A stretch of DNA of 53,883 nucleotides from Candidatus Levybacteria bacterium RIFCSPHIGHO2_01_FULL_37_33 (GCA_001782085.1 MFNM01000014.1:1-53883), one strand, 5' to 3'; counted from the stretch's first letter, positions 1 to 9,110 are shown. A program made the numbers and translations. The notes: generated by a model from the letters alone, not told the origin.

Positions 1-2
1 TC

Positions 3-1637
3 TCCACTTTTTCCCAAATCCAGGAAATCAGAACTTACTACGAGTTTTCATCAGTTGATAATGATCGTTACACAATTAACAATGAACTCCGCCAGATTAT
101 GCTTTCTCCCAGAGAATTGGCTTCCGACAGTCTACCTAATAAAAACTGGATTAATGAGCGGCTTACATTTACCCACGGCTATGGTATTGCTGCCGGACCT
201 GTCAATCAGGTTACTCCGGAGGGTTTACCGGTTTTATTTGTCAAAGACCTTCCTCCAAAGTCCGAAGTCAAAGAACTTGCGGTCACAAGGCCGGAAGTTT
301 ACTACGGGGAAATCCCCAATGAGTATGTCGTAGTCAAAACGAAATCTAAAGAATTCGATTACCCCAAAGGGGAAGAGAATGTCTATACTACCTATGCAGG
401 AAAAGGTGGCGTTGAAATTAATTCTCCCATACGGCGTCTGTTGTATGCACTACGTTTTGGTTCTCTTAAACTATTTTTATCCAGTGATGTTACGAAGGAA
501 AGCCGTATCCTTTATTACCGCAATATAAAAGAAAGAGTTAGTAAAATAGCTCCGTTTCTTACCTTTGACCGCGACCCGTATCTGGTGATTACTGAAGGCA
601 AAATGTATTGGATACTAGATGCCTATACATCAACCGATCGTTATCCCTATTCCCAACCGCTACCGCTAAACGGTGGTGATGTTAACTATATTAGAAATTC
701 AGTCAAAGCAGTGGTAGATGCTTATGACGGGAAGGTTACTCTTTATCAGGTTGATCCGGATGATCCTATTATCAAAACCTACGCCAAAATTTTCCCCAAA
801 ACCTTCAAAAAACTTGCGGATATGCCCAAGAAATTGATTTCCCATCTTCGCTATCCGGAAGATATTTTTACTCTGCAAACTGCAATTTACACTATCTATC
901 ATATGGATGACCCGCAGATTTTCTACAACAAAGAGGATCAGTGGGAAATCCCTGCTATTGCTTCAGGGAACGCAGCCCAAACAGAAGGTGAAACTCCAAC
1001 AATGAATCCACGGCACATGATTATGAAACTTCCTGGTGAAAAGACAGAAGAGTTTATCCTGATGTTGCCATTCACTCCCAGGGCAAAAGACAACCTCTCT
1101 GCCTGGATGGTTGCCAGAAACGATGGACAGGAATACGGCAAGCTCGTCGTTTACCGCTTTCCCAAGGATAAACTGGTTTTTGGTCCCAAACAGATTATCG
1201 GCAGGATCAATCAGGACGCTGAAATCAGCAGACAAATTTCCTTGTGGGATCAAGGAGGTTCTCAGGTAATTCAAGGTTCACTTCTGGTCATTCCGATTGA
1301 AGAGTCTTTGGTCTATGTCCGGCCGCTTTACCTTAAGGCAGCGACAGGAAAAATTCCGGAGCTCAAACGGGTTATAGTTGCATATGAGAACAAAATTGCC
1401 ATGGAAGAAACATTAGAAGCAGGCCTTGCTAAGATATTTGGCACTGCCGAGGATCAAACAGAACCATCAAGGGAATCGCCTTCTCAAGCAGCGCCTGCCG
1501 ACACGACTAAAGAAGGTCTTCTTCAGCAAGCAACAGGAGCGTATGAAGCCGCTATCCGCGCACAACGGGAAGGAGACTGGGGCAGATACGGAGAGGAAAT
1601 AAGAAAGTTGGGAGAAATTCTAGGTAAGCTACGCTGA
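3..1637 (+). CDS. UPF0182 family membrane protein, 5' end outside the window
   Basis: Frame is open from base 3 ([23 protein letters not shown]...). Motifs [61 protein letters not shown] are typical of UPF0182. Confidence 0.9.
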   Translation, partial: STFSQIQEIRTYYEFSSVDNDRYTINNELRQIMLSPRELASDSLPNKNWINERLTFTHGYGIAAGPVNQVTPEGLPVLFVKDLPPKSEVKELAVTRPEVYYGEIPNEYVVVKTKSKEFDYPKGEENVYTTYAGKGGVEINSPIRRLLYALRFGSLKLFLSSDVTKESRILYYRNIKERVSKIAPFLTFDRDPYLVITEGKMYWILDAYTSTDRYPYSQPLPLNGGDVNYIRNSVKAVVDAYDGKVTLYQVDPDDPIIKTYAKIFPKTFKKLADMPKKLISHLRYPEDIFTLQTAIYTIYHMDDPQIFYNKEDQWEIPAIASGNAAQTEGETPTMNPRHMIMKLPGEKTEEFILMLPFTPRAKDNLSAWMVARNDGQEYGKLVVYRFPKDKLVFGPKQIIGRINQDAEISRQISLWDQGGSQVIQGSLLVIPIEESLVYVRPLYLKAATGKIPELKRVIVAYENKIAMEETLEAGLAKIFGTAEDQTEPSRESPSQAAPADTTKEGLLQQATGAYEAAIRAQREGDWGRYGEEIRKLGEILGKLR

Positions 1638-1840
1638 TGATTCAGTTCATTATAATCAGAAAAATATTCTTATCTATTGTGCCTTTAGTACTTTTTTATC
1701 TTTTGAGAAAGATGGGCAACAAACAGCAGCCCAAGAAAAAATCACATCTGTCCGATTTTGACCCTTCGACTGGGCTCAGGGCAAGTAAAAGCCAGATTGT
1801 AGATGGAGAAATTGTGAATGAAAATAGCAGTAACCGTTGA
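1637..1840 (+). CDS. small membrane-anchored hypothetical protein with an in-frame 24-nt palindromic insert
   Basis: TGATG overlap with the upstream stop, N-terminal hydrophobic helix, C-terminal IVDGEIV tail. PSTGLRAS is encoded by the repeat at 1762-1785. Confidence 0.6.
   Translation: MIQFIIIRKIFLSIVPLVLFYLLRKMGNKQQPKKKSHLSDFDPSTGLRASKSQIVDGEIVNENSSNR
1762..1785 (+). repeat. REP-like palindrome, CTTCGAC..GCTCAG family
   Basis: CCCTTCGACTGGGCTCAGGGCAAG; related copies at 18506-18524, 20754-20796, 31761-31784 and 53525-53568. Confidence 0.75.
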
Positions 1841-1867
1841 CATTCATTATCTATATCTGCTCTAAGA

Positions 1868-2878
1868 TTATTCGTCTTCTACAGAGACTAAAATTATTAT
1901 CAGAGCCGATAAAAAGGGTATGGCAAGAAGAGCTCCTATAACTCCCATTAGGGTTCCGCCAACTAAAATTGCTAATATCACAACAACAGGATTAAGTCCA
2001 ACAGACTTTTCCATAATTTTTGGAACAAGGATGTTATTCTCAATTGTCTGAATAATAAAATAAGAGATGGCAACAACAAGAGCAAGTGCTGGAGATATTG
2101 TTAGAGCGACAATTATTGCGGGAATAGAAGCCAAGATTGGGCCAGCCGTTGGTATTATTTCAAGAATTCCAGCTGCTACTGCTAATGGAAGAGCAAAATC
2201 CACTTGAAGTAGTGTTAAAACTATCCAGGTAAAAACTCCAATAATAAGTGATAAAACGACTTGTCCCCTAGCCCATGCTCCCAGTTTTTTTTCTATTTTA
2301 TATAAAACATCTTCGACTTTTTCTCTTTTTTCCTTTGGGAAAACATTAACTATGGAAAGTTTAAAACTGTCTCTATATAAAAGAAGATAAAAGCTTATAA
2401 CAAATATAGTAAGAGCGGAAAAAACGATATTAATAGCTTTCCCAGTTATTGAGAAAATATTTTTTCCAATTCCCGACAAAGAATCGGAAATTGAAGTGTT
2501 AAAACTAGAATAATCTACATTAAATCCCGCTATACGCGCGGCATTTTCAAAATATTGAGGAAAGTCTTTTACAAGTGATTGAATTTGCGAAGTTAAAAAA
2601 GGCAAAAGAGGTATTATCAAAAGCAAAAAAAACGCAAGAAGAACTAAATGAGGAATTAAAGTAGCAAGAATGTTTGGAATTTTTTGTTTTTTCAAAAACA
2701 AAACTGTTGGATAAAGAGAAGCCATTAATATATAAGAAATAAATAGTACTATTACAATTCCCTTAATTTTTATTAGAAAAAGTAAAAAGAGTATGAAAAA
2801 TATCGCGGCAAGAAATTGATTTTTATGAAGATAGGATAAAAAAGTCCTCACCCAATCATTATAACAGAATTTTTGCAT
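1868..2878 (-). CDS. AI-2E family transporter (PerM/UPF0118)
   Basis: Multi-pass membrane protein with GILEIIPTAGP, QTIENNILVPKIM, GLNPVVVILAIL..G..G.IGALLAIP. The exact start codon is uncertain. Confidence 0.9.
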   Translation of the reverse strand: MQKFCYNDWVRTFLSYLHKNQFLAAIFFILFLLFLIKIKGIVIVLFISYILMASLYPTVLFLKKQKIPNILATLIPHLVLLAFFLLLIIPLLPFLTSQIQSLVKDFPQYFENAARIAGFNVDYSSFNTSISDSLSGIGKNIFSITGKAINIVFSALTIFVISFYLLLYRDSFKLSIVNVFPKEKREKVEDVLYKIEKKLGAWARGQVVLSLIIGVFTWIVLTLLQVDFALPLAVAAGILEIIPTAGPILASIPAIIVALTISPALALVVAISYFIIQTIENNILVPKIMEKSVGLNPVVVILAILVGGTLMGVIGALLAIPFLSALIIILVSVEDE

Positions 2879-2913
2879 TATTTTAAAATTTTGGTAAAAT
2901 ATTGATAGTAAAT

Positions 2914-2989
2914 GCGCCAGTAGCTCAATGGACAGAGCAACTCCCTTCTAAGGAGTAGGTTGGAGGTTCGATTCCTCTCTGGCGCGCCA
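2914..2989 (+). tRNA. tRNA-Arg(TCT)
   Basis: Acceptor GCGCCAG/CTGGCGC, anticodon arm ACTCC-CTTCTAA-GGAGT, T loop GGTTCGATTCC, encoded 3' CCA. Confidence 0.95.
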
Positions 2990-3056
2990 CGTACAGAATC
3001 GTAGATTCTTACGTGGCTGAGACGTTAAATTTTGAAAAAATTTTTACGTCTCGCCA
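2986..3056 (+). repeat. twin-hairpin element at a tRNA 3' end, copy 1 (no gene)
   Basis: GCCACGTA...TACGTGGC, then GAGACGT...ACGTCTC, then GCCA. Same architecture at 30236-30307 on the minus strand. Confidence 0.75.
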
Positions 3057-3069
3057 ACATATTTTATGT

Positions 3070-3143
3070 GGTGATCGTAGCTCAATGGTTAGAGCGCTAG
3101 GTTGTGGACCTAGTGGTTGCCGGTTCGAATCCGGTCGGTCACC
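3070..3143 (+). tRNA. tRNA-His(GTG)
   Basis: G-1 plus GTGATCG/CGGTCAC acceptor with C73, anticodon arm CTAGG-TTGTGGA-CCTAG, GGTTCGAATCC. Confidence 0.95.
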
Positions 3144-3202
3144 CAAACCTTTTTAGTCTCCAGATACTTGATTTTTAGGCTAGTTTTTGGTATAATTTGA
3201 GC

Positions 3203-3850
3203 ATGAAAATCTTCTCCTTCGTAAACTCCAAATGGATAATTAGATTAAGGCGTTTTCTCTTTGGCCCGAAAAAGTTTGTATATGTTGCTCTCGGAGATAG
3301 TCTGGCAGAAGGAATTGGTGCCAGCCATTCTTCCAAATCATTTCCTTCGCTTGTTTTTACAAAAATAAAGCAGGGGAAAAAGCAAGCTGCCTTTCATAAT
3401 TTAGGCAAGGGCGGAGCTAGGGTCAGAGATGTACTTGAATCACAGCTTGAGAAAGCTGTTGGATTAGATCCTGATTTGGTAACAATAACGATAGGAGCAA
3501 ACGATTTACGCAGTAGAACAAAACTAAAGCATTTTGAAAAAGATTTTTATCATTTAATAAAAACTCTTAAAGATAAAACAAATGCAGAAATTATTATAAG
3601 TAATATTCCTGATGTTTCCCTAGCACCCTCCCTTCCGGTATTTATCAGATTTTTGTCAAGATTTGTGACTAGAAGATTGAACAAAGTTATTAATAAACAC
3701 GCTCAGGACTTCAGATGTATTCTTGTTGATCTTTATAATGGAAGCAGGTTATATGCGCAAAAATATACCGGATTGATCTCAGAGGATGGTCTTCATCCAT
3801 CAGACAAAGGCTATGCCCTTTGGGCAAATGCCATCATCTTTCATCTTTAA
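3203..3850 (+). CDS. SGNH/GDSL hydrolase family protein
   Basis: YVALGDSLAEG, NLGKGGA, ITIGAND and DGLHP blocks. ATG 3203 follows TGGTATAAT; the ORF track starts at TTG 3197. Confidence 0.9.
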   Translation: MKIFSFVNSKWIIRLRRFLFGPKKFVYVALGDSLAEGIGASHSSKSFPSLVFTKIKQGKKQAAFHNLGKGGARVRDVLESQLEKAVGLDPDLVTITIGANDLRSRTKLKHFEKDFYHLIKTLKDKTNAEIIISNIPDVSLAPSLPVFIRFLSRFVTRRLNKVINKHAQDFRCILVDLYNGSRLYAQKYTGLISEDGLHPSDKGYALWANAIIFHL

Positions 3851-3921
3851 GCAAGTTCCAGATCTAGCGCGAGGCTAGTTGTTTATTCCGCATCGGCCTT
3901 TAAAGGATTTGAGGCCAAAGG

Positions 3922-5016
3922 CTAAAATTTCCCTGTAGTAATAAGAATATCATATTCTGCCGATTGGCTCGCCTCTTGTAATGTTGGGTCTGGAAAACCG
4001 TTTTTAATCGCTTCTGTGATGCTATCTAGCATGTCTTTTGAGAGTAGTTTGTTATACACAATTGTAGTCCTTTGCTCCAAATTGTCTGTGTTTCCTATGC
4101 TAACATTATTGTATCCAGCTTCCTCTAGAAGATCACTTAATTTCCCTGCCTGTCCTTCGATACCTGATCCATTAAGAATTTTAATTTTTATGGTCGATTT
4201 GTCCATCAAAGGTTCTGCTGTAGGGCTGGGCTGAGAAGTTGTAGAGGGAGTTGCTACTGATGTTGGTTTTGGACTTAGAGATTCTGATTTTTTAAACCAG
4301 GGATTTGGAATAGTTTTGGACCACAATAGGAAATATCCAATTGCACATGCCAGAAGTATTACGCTTATTGCAAGAAGTACATACTGTTTGCGCATACTCT
4401 TCTTTCCTACTTCTTCTACTTCAAGATTCTCTCTTGTATCAGCCACCCCCTTATCAGCTTGAGGGTTGTCTTTAGTCTGAAGGAAATTATATCTTTGCAG
4501 TATTCTTTTCTCTCCTGTAGTCTTTTTGGCTTCCTGCACAGTAAATTCCTGGTTGTTTGTCCTATTAGGAAAAACAGAAACCGGAACGACAGAAAAAATC
4601 TCAATGTTATTCATTTTAAGCGCTTCCACAATTCCTTCGTAAAGTTTTCTATTCGCCGCAATTATCCGGAGTTTATTTTTGTTGCGGAGCGTTATTGTAG
4701 CAATGCTGCTTCTTAAGAGAGGAACTGAAGTTAAAAATTTCTCTGCCTCATCCTTTTCATTTTTACCCGTGATATCAATATCGTTTGCATAAACAAGCTC
4801 GGCAGATAAAACGATAATACCCTTACCTCTTTTTAACGGTAATCCTTCAATAAACTTTTGAAGCTCTTCTGAATATTTTTTTTCGTCAACTATTTCTGAG
4901 TGCTGGATGGATGCAGGAGAAAAAGAAAGTTTCTGTTGGTTATTGCTGTTTGTTTCAAATACTTCTAAAAAATTGCTACCAACATACCATACAAGGGGTC
5001 TCCCAAACAAAATCAT
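3922..5016 (-). CDS. pilus-operon membrane protein: N-terminal domain, TM, Pro/Ser/Thr linker, LytR C-terminal domain
   Basis: C-terminal IKILNGSGIEGQAGKLSDLL...GN...DILITTG matches LytR_C. The N-terminus resembles 46575-47381. Confidence 0.75.
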   Translation of the reverse strand: MILFGRPLVWYVGSNFLEVFETNSNNQQKLSFSPASIQHSEIVDEKKYSEELQKFIEGLPLKRGKGIIVLSAELVYANDIDITGKNEKDEAEKFLTSVPLLRSSIATITLRNKNKLRIIAANRKLYEGIVEALKMNNIEIFSVVPVSVFPNRTNNQEFTVQEAKKTTGEKRILQRYNFLQTKDNPQADKGVADTRENLEVEEVGKKSMRKQYVLLAISVILLACAIGYFLLWSKTIPNPWFKKSESLSPKPTSVATPSTTSQPSPTAEPLMDKSTIKIKILNGSGIEGQAGKLSDLLEEAGYNNVSIGNTDNLEQRTTIVYNKLLSKDMLDSITEAIKNGFPDPTLQEASQSAEYDILITTGKF

Positions 5017-5019
5017 ACC

Positions 5020-5583
5020 TTAACGGGATACGGAGATGTTCGTTGCGCCTTCAGTCCCGCAAGCCTTGATGGTAACAATATTATTGGCATCAACTGTAAC
5101 TGAATAACCAGTTTTTACCGCTGTATATGTCGTACCGCCTGATGGATCGATGGGCATTGATTTTAAGTATTTAACAAGCGGGGTTGCAAGATCAACGCAG
5201 GCAGTATCCACTACTGCACATCCGCCAGTTGCGATAGCACAACCGCTCGCTCCAGTACCTAACTGCGTTTCTGCCATACTCGTTGTGAGTCCTGTAGGTA
5301 ATGATCCCTTAGTATCAACAATTGATGCATGAATCGCTGTTAAAATAGTATCTGCATCTGCGGTTCTTCTTGCATCTTTGGCGTCCTTAAGTCTTTGGGC
5401 TGGATTTAAAGCTACAAATACAGCAATTGCTAAAGCTGCAATAATCGCAACAACGATAAGAAGCTCGATGAGAGTGAAACCTTTTTGGAGGACTGAGAAT
5501 TGCCTGCCCGCCGAAGTCTTGACGAAGGAGGGAAAGTTGAAAGTTGAGAATTTAGACGAAAGTTTCTTGAGCAGTTTTTTCAT
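5020..5583 (-). CDS. type IV pilin, probable major pilin of operon 1
   Basis: KG|FTLIELLIVVAII, LNPAQRLKDAKDARRTAD, C-terminal Cys residues, MPIDP. Own promoter upstream; ATG 5583 preferred over 5604. Confidence 0.9.
   Translation of the reverse strand: MKKLLKKLSSKFSTFNFPSFVKTSAGRQFSVLQKGFTLIELLIVVAIIAALAIAVFVALNPAQRLKDAKDARRTADADTILTAIHASIVDTKGSLPTGLTTSMAETQLGTGASGCAIATGGCAVVDTACVDLATPLVKYLKSMPIDPSGGTTYTAVKTGYSVTVDANNIVTIKACGTEGATNISVSR
5503..5532. repeat. REP-like palindrome inside the prepilin leader
   Basis: CCTGCCCGCCGAAGTCTTGACGAAGGAGGG encodes PSFVKTSAGR and abuts AAGTTGA heptamers. Confidence 0.65.
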
Positions 5584-5593
5584 GTATACATTA

Positions 5594-5623
5594 AGTATGA
5601 ACATATCCTAAACTACTTGTCAA
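5594..5623 (-). promoter_or_regulatory. sigma70-type promoter of pilin 5020-5583
   Basis: TTGACA-18 nt-CATACT on the minus strand, 10 nt before the ATG. Confidence 0.6.
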
Positions 5624-5642
5624 GGGGGCAAAATTTAGAATA

Positions 5643-6429
5643 TAACCCCCGGTGTTAGATAGCTTCCAACATAAGGATTCTACTCCAGCGTAAGATGCTT
5701 AATCAGACCAAGTTCTCTCTGGTATTCGGCTTGATCAAACACAAACTGACGGTATTTATCAGCTCCTCCTATGAGCCCTAAAATCATATCTTTGCTGATG
5801 AAACTTAAATTATTTGTAACTTCCCCTAGATATTCAGACAAAGACGACCACTTGTAAGTAGGTAAATTATTGATATCTACTAAATATCCTGTCGAAGGAT
5901 TTAAATGTATATATCTTGAAACATGAAGCAGTTGCTCGTCAGTCTCTATTCTTACTGCCTTAAATATGGACTGAAACAGGGGTCCTGCTCTGCTGGTTTT
6001 AATATTGAAGTATTTTGCATAGGCGTTTTGCAGGTTTGCCATAAAACTGCTAATGCCACTTTCAGTTAATTGTTTTAGTAAAAAGTGGAAATGATTGTTC
6101 ATTAAGCAATAAGCCGATATTTCTATTTGAGTTTCATCTTTTCTTTTCAAACCTGATAAAATTTTTTTTCTTTCCTCTCCCAGCATTTTCTTTAGATGAG
6201 AAAAACTGACAGGCGTATTAATAAAACGATAATAATCAACTAATTCTAAAAACCTGGAATAATCTTTTACCGAAGCAAAAATAGGTAGGCCGGCTACCCC
6301 TCTATTGAAAACATGATATATCTGATCTTGTGCCAGAAGCGTTTTTCTATAAGGCATAATTTTTATAGTACCATAATTTTAATAAAAATTAATCCTTAGG
6401 TTGGAAGTCATTCAACCCCCGGCGTTGAA
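5643..6429. mobile_element. RAYT locus 1 with flanking inverted repeats and REP-like palindromes
   Basis: CTTCCAACATAAGGATT (5663-5679) and AATCCTTAGGTTGGAAG (6391-6407) are 16/17 inverted. TAACCCCCGGTGTTA (5643-5657) and TTCAACCCCCGGCGTTGAA (6411-6429) lie outside them. Confidence 0.7.
5680..6357 (-). CDS. REP-associated tyrosine transposase (Y1/HUH, IS200-like)
   Basis: YHVFNRG, AYCLMNNHFHFLL (HUH), YAKYFN, GPLFQSIFKA, SRYIHLNP, YKWSS. Confidence 0.9.
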   Translation of the reverse strand: MPYRKTLLAQDQIYHVFNRGVAGLPIFASVKDYSRFLELVDYYRFINTPVSFSHLKKMLGEERKKILSGLKRKDETQIEISAYCLMNNHFHFLLKQLTESGISSFMANLQNAYAKYFNIKTSRAGPLFQSIFKAVRIETDEQLLHVSRYIHLNPSTGYLVDINNLPTYKWSSLSEYLGEVTNNLSFISKDMILGLIGGADKYRQFVFDQAEYQRELGLIKHLTLE

Positions 6430-6469
6430 GGAGTGTCCCCAGAATGACAACTGCGAAATTCGTGATTAT

Positions 6470-6904
6470 TTAAAAAGTTGTTACTTCTTTCCAGCTCGTC
6501 AAAATAATACCAGTAGGTGGTCTATCAAAAAACACCTCGATAATTCTATTATACTTAGTAACGGTAGTATCCGTTTGCACTTTCATATTCCAAGTAAAAG
6601 GTGGGCTTACATTTTTTGAAATCACTTTAATTTTGCATGATAGACCCTCATGCACGATGGTCACTTCTGATCCAACAGGACCAAAGTTAGGATCAGCTCT
6701 TGCTTTAAGCATAGCGTCTTCGACGCACCCTTCAGCAAAAGTTAGGGTATCTTCACCTTTTGAGAGAGCGAGAGACACTTGTCCTTCTCCTATTCCCAAT
6801 TGCGCTACAGTCACTATAATTCCCAGAACCACGGCAGTAAGGATAAGAAGAATTGATATCGCAACATATCCGCCTTCTGAATTACTATCAACATTTATTT
6901 TCAT
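6470..6904 (-). CDS. PilX-like minor pilin
   Basis: EGG|YVAISILLIL hydrophobic helix without Glu5, AEGCVEDAMLK, C-terminal SWKE. Confidence 0.75.
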   Translation of the reverse strand: MKINVDSNSEGGYVAISILLILTAVVLGIIVTVAQLGIGEGQVSLALSKGEDTLTFAEGCVEDAMLKARADPNFGPVGSEVTIVHEGLSCKIKVISKNVSPPFTWNMKVQTDTTVTKYNRIIEVFFDRPPTGIILTSWKEVTTF

Positions 6905-7449
6905 AATGGATTGCTTCTTACTTCTGCACTGCTTTCGACAACAACCGAGTCTTGATATTCTTGTCTTGCCGGCGCAAAAGAAGCTGCAACTGTCATGACA
7001 AACCGGATGTGTTTTGTTTTAAAATTGCCAGAGACATAATCCGTAAAGTCCGTAAATGTAAGGCTGTTTATGACCGTATTGGCAGAGTTTAGATTCACCG
7101 GACTTGCCGCGCCTTGTGTAATTCTGATATTTCCTGTCGGAAGATCACGATCAATAATCGTTGGATTGGTTGCTGGAGTTGATGTAGCAAGAGAAATTGA
7201 TGCAGCAGCAACTGAATTAATACCTATAGAATTTCGTATCTCATACTTTATTCGCTCACTGATATACCGCGCGTTTGCATTTACTTCCTGCTGAACTGCG
7301 CTTTTTACGCCTGTTTCTATAGCGCTCCATGCAAACGGCACGATAGCTGAGAGAATAATCGTCACAATAGCAACATAGAGAATCAGTTCTATAAAGGTAA
7401 AACCTTTGTGAGAATTTGAAATTTGAAATTTGAAATTTGAAATTTTCAT
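6901..7449 (-). CDS. PilW-like minor pilin
   Basis: KG|FTFIELILYVAI, ISERIKYEIRNS; the leader is built from 7-bp repeats. Confidence 0.85.
   Translation of the reverse strand: MKISNFKFQISNSHKGFTFIELILYVAIVTIILSAIVPFAWSAIETGVKSAVQQEVNANARYISERIKYEIRNSIGINSVAAASISLATSTPATNPTIIDRDLPTGNIRITQGAASPVNLNSANTVINSLTFTDFTDYVSGNFKTKHIRFVMTVAASFAPARQEYQDSVVVESSAEVRSNPL
7413..7446. repeat. heptamer tandem repeat (AATTTGA)x4 plus a partial unit, in the prepilin leader
   Basis: Four perfect units at 7413-7440 immediately after the start codon of the minus-strand gene. Confidence 0.9.
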
Positions 7450-9110
7450 TAAGGTATAGCTATGTTACTGGACATGCCCGGCAAACCTTGGTATTGCTGG
7501 AACCCTACTTTAAATCGACAGCCAGCGTTTCTTTGGTCACACAATGGATATGGCAGTATTACAGTTTCTCCGTTTGGGTCTGGATTTAGCGGCACTCCTT
7601 CGAGGGTGTGTTGTCCATCAAATGGAATCGGCAGGAAACAACGATCCTGCCCCGGACAAAGATTCCCAATTCTATACCGGTCATCCAGACTAAGGTGTAC
7701 ATGGGGGGTGCTACGGGTACCCAAGACCTTCCCGCGCAATACCCGATCACCTACACTGACGTTCCAAGCAGCAAAATGGCAGACATTCAAATTCAGCCCG
7801 TTATCCAAGGTGACTCGCAATCCGATACATCCTCCTTCAAGCTCTCCTCTGAAGCTTACCTTTCCATTAGCAGGCGCTAGAATTTCCTTATCACTCTCCT
7901 GGTCAGGTACCATATCCAGACCAAAAAGCTGATTACGGCAATGGTCCAAGGGCTTTGTAGCAACACCACATCCATTTTTACTTTGATCCCGGTTATCCAA
8001 ATAACCATTGAATACTGTCCACGCAACACCATTATTAAACGGAGAAAGCAAATCAAAATCCCTGTCAGGACCCTTTGGGCTGGAAAGATTTACCCGCCCG
8101 ATTTTATGTACATTATTCTCAGTGAACCAAACGTTACCGTCAGGACCTGATGCTATAAAAGTAGGATTACTTTCCCCTGTAGGAACTATAAATTCAGTAA
8201 TGGTTCCATTTGTTCTAATTTTACCGATCTTATTTGCCAAAGGATCTTGCTCCGTAAACCAAAGGCTACTATCAGGACCTAAGGTAATACCAAATGGACT
8301 GCTGTTACTTGTAGGAATTGGGAATTCTGTAACATTACCATTCGTAGTAATCCGTCCTATCTTGTTAAGGCCAGGATCCGTAAACCATAGATTACCATCT
8401 GGGCCTGATGTAATAATAAGAGGAGTGCTATCCACAGGAATCGCAAACTCTGTAATATATCCACTAGTAGTAATCCGACCGATCCTATTACCGTTTATAC
8501 CATTTAGTTCAGTAAACCATAGACTGCCATCAGGGCCTGATGTAATACCATAAGGATAACTAGTACTTACTGGAACTAAAAATTCAGTGATATTACCATT
8601 AGGAGTAATACGCCCTATCTTACCTGCGCTAGATTCTGTGAACCAAAGATTACCATCCGGTCCCGATGTAATAATATATGTATCGCTAGTATTGGTCGGA
8701 ATTACAAACTCGGTAATCTCACCACTTGTAGTAATTCGTCCGATCCTGTTTGCATACGCCTCTGTGAACCAAAGATTGCCATCCGGTCCCGATGTAATAC
8801 TAAAAGGGCCACTATCGTTAGTGGGAATTGGAAACTCAGTAATCTTGCCATCTGGAGTAATACGCCCTATCTTATTTGCATTATGACCCTGCTCCGTAAA
8901 CCAATAGTTTCCGTCCGGTCCTACCGTTATTCCAACAGGACTACTCTCAGTCGTCGGAATAGAAAACTCAGTGATGGTTATTTTTTCTTTTGCATTTACA
9001 GGAGCAAAGAAGATTAAAAATAACGCTACGCTAATAACAACAACCAGAGCTTTTGATATCAATGTAATTTTTGAATTAAAACATGTGTTCTTAATTTTTC
9101 TTCTTTTCAT
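7449..9110 (-). CDS. exported Vgb-lyase-like beta-propeller fused to a peptidase M23-like domain
   Basis: Signal or TM segment, seven ~42-aa repeats (P..IT.GPDGNLWFTE..ANKIGRIT..G.ITEF.IP), then H...GLD, ILAPANGKV, VGDRV.RG..LG and PHVH motifs of M23. Confidence 0.8.
   Translation of the reverse strand: MKRRKIKNTCFNSKITLISKALVVVISVALFLIFFAPVNAKEKITITEFSIPTTESSPVGITVGPDGNYWFTEQGHNANKIGRITPDGKITEFPIPTNDSGPFSITSGPDGNLWFTEAYANRIGRITTSGEITEFVIPTNTSDTYIITSGPDGNLWFTESSAGKIGRITPNGNITEFLVPVSTSYPYGITSGPDGSLWFTELNGINGNRIGRITTSGYITEFAIPVDSTPLIITSGPDGNLWFTDPGLNKIGRITTNGNVTEFPIPTSNSSPFGITLGPDSSLWFTEQDPLANKIGKIRTNGTITEFIVPTGESNPTFIASGPDGNVWFTENNVHKIGRVNLSSPKGPDRDFDLLSPFNNGVAWTVFNGYLDNRDQSKNGCGVATKPLDHCRNQLFGLDMVPDQESDKEILAPANGKVSFRGELEGGCIGLRVTLDNGLNLNVCHFAAWNVSVGDRVLRGKVLGTRSTPHVHLSLDDRYRIGNLCPGQDRCFLPIPFDGQHTLEGVPLNPDPNGETVILPYPLCDQRNAGCRFKVGFQQYQGLPGMSSNIAIP

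Noticed and set aside
7462..8886. Long plus-strand ORFs opposite the Vgb/M23 gene, and other antisense ORFs in the track
   Set aside because: They are shadows of well-supported genes; the repeat-rich sense frame explains the open antisense frames.
8090..8980. ~126-bp periodic repeats as a CRISPR array or DGR template/variable pair
   Set aside because: They are in-frame propeller blades with synonymous variation; no spacers, cas genes or reverse transcriptase.
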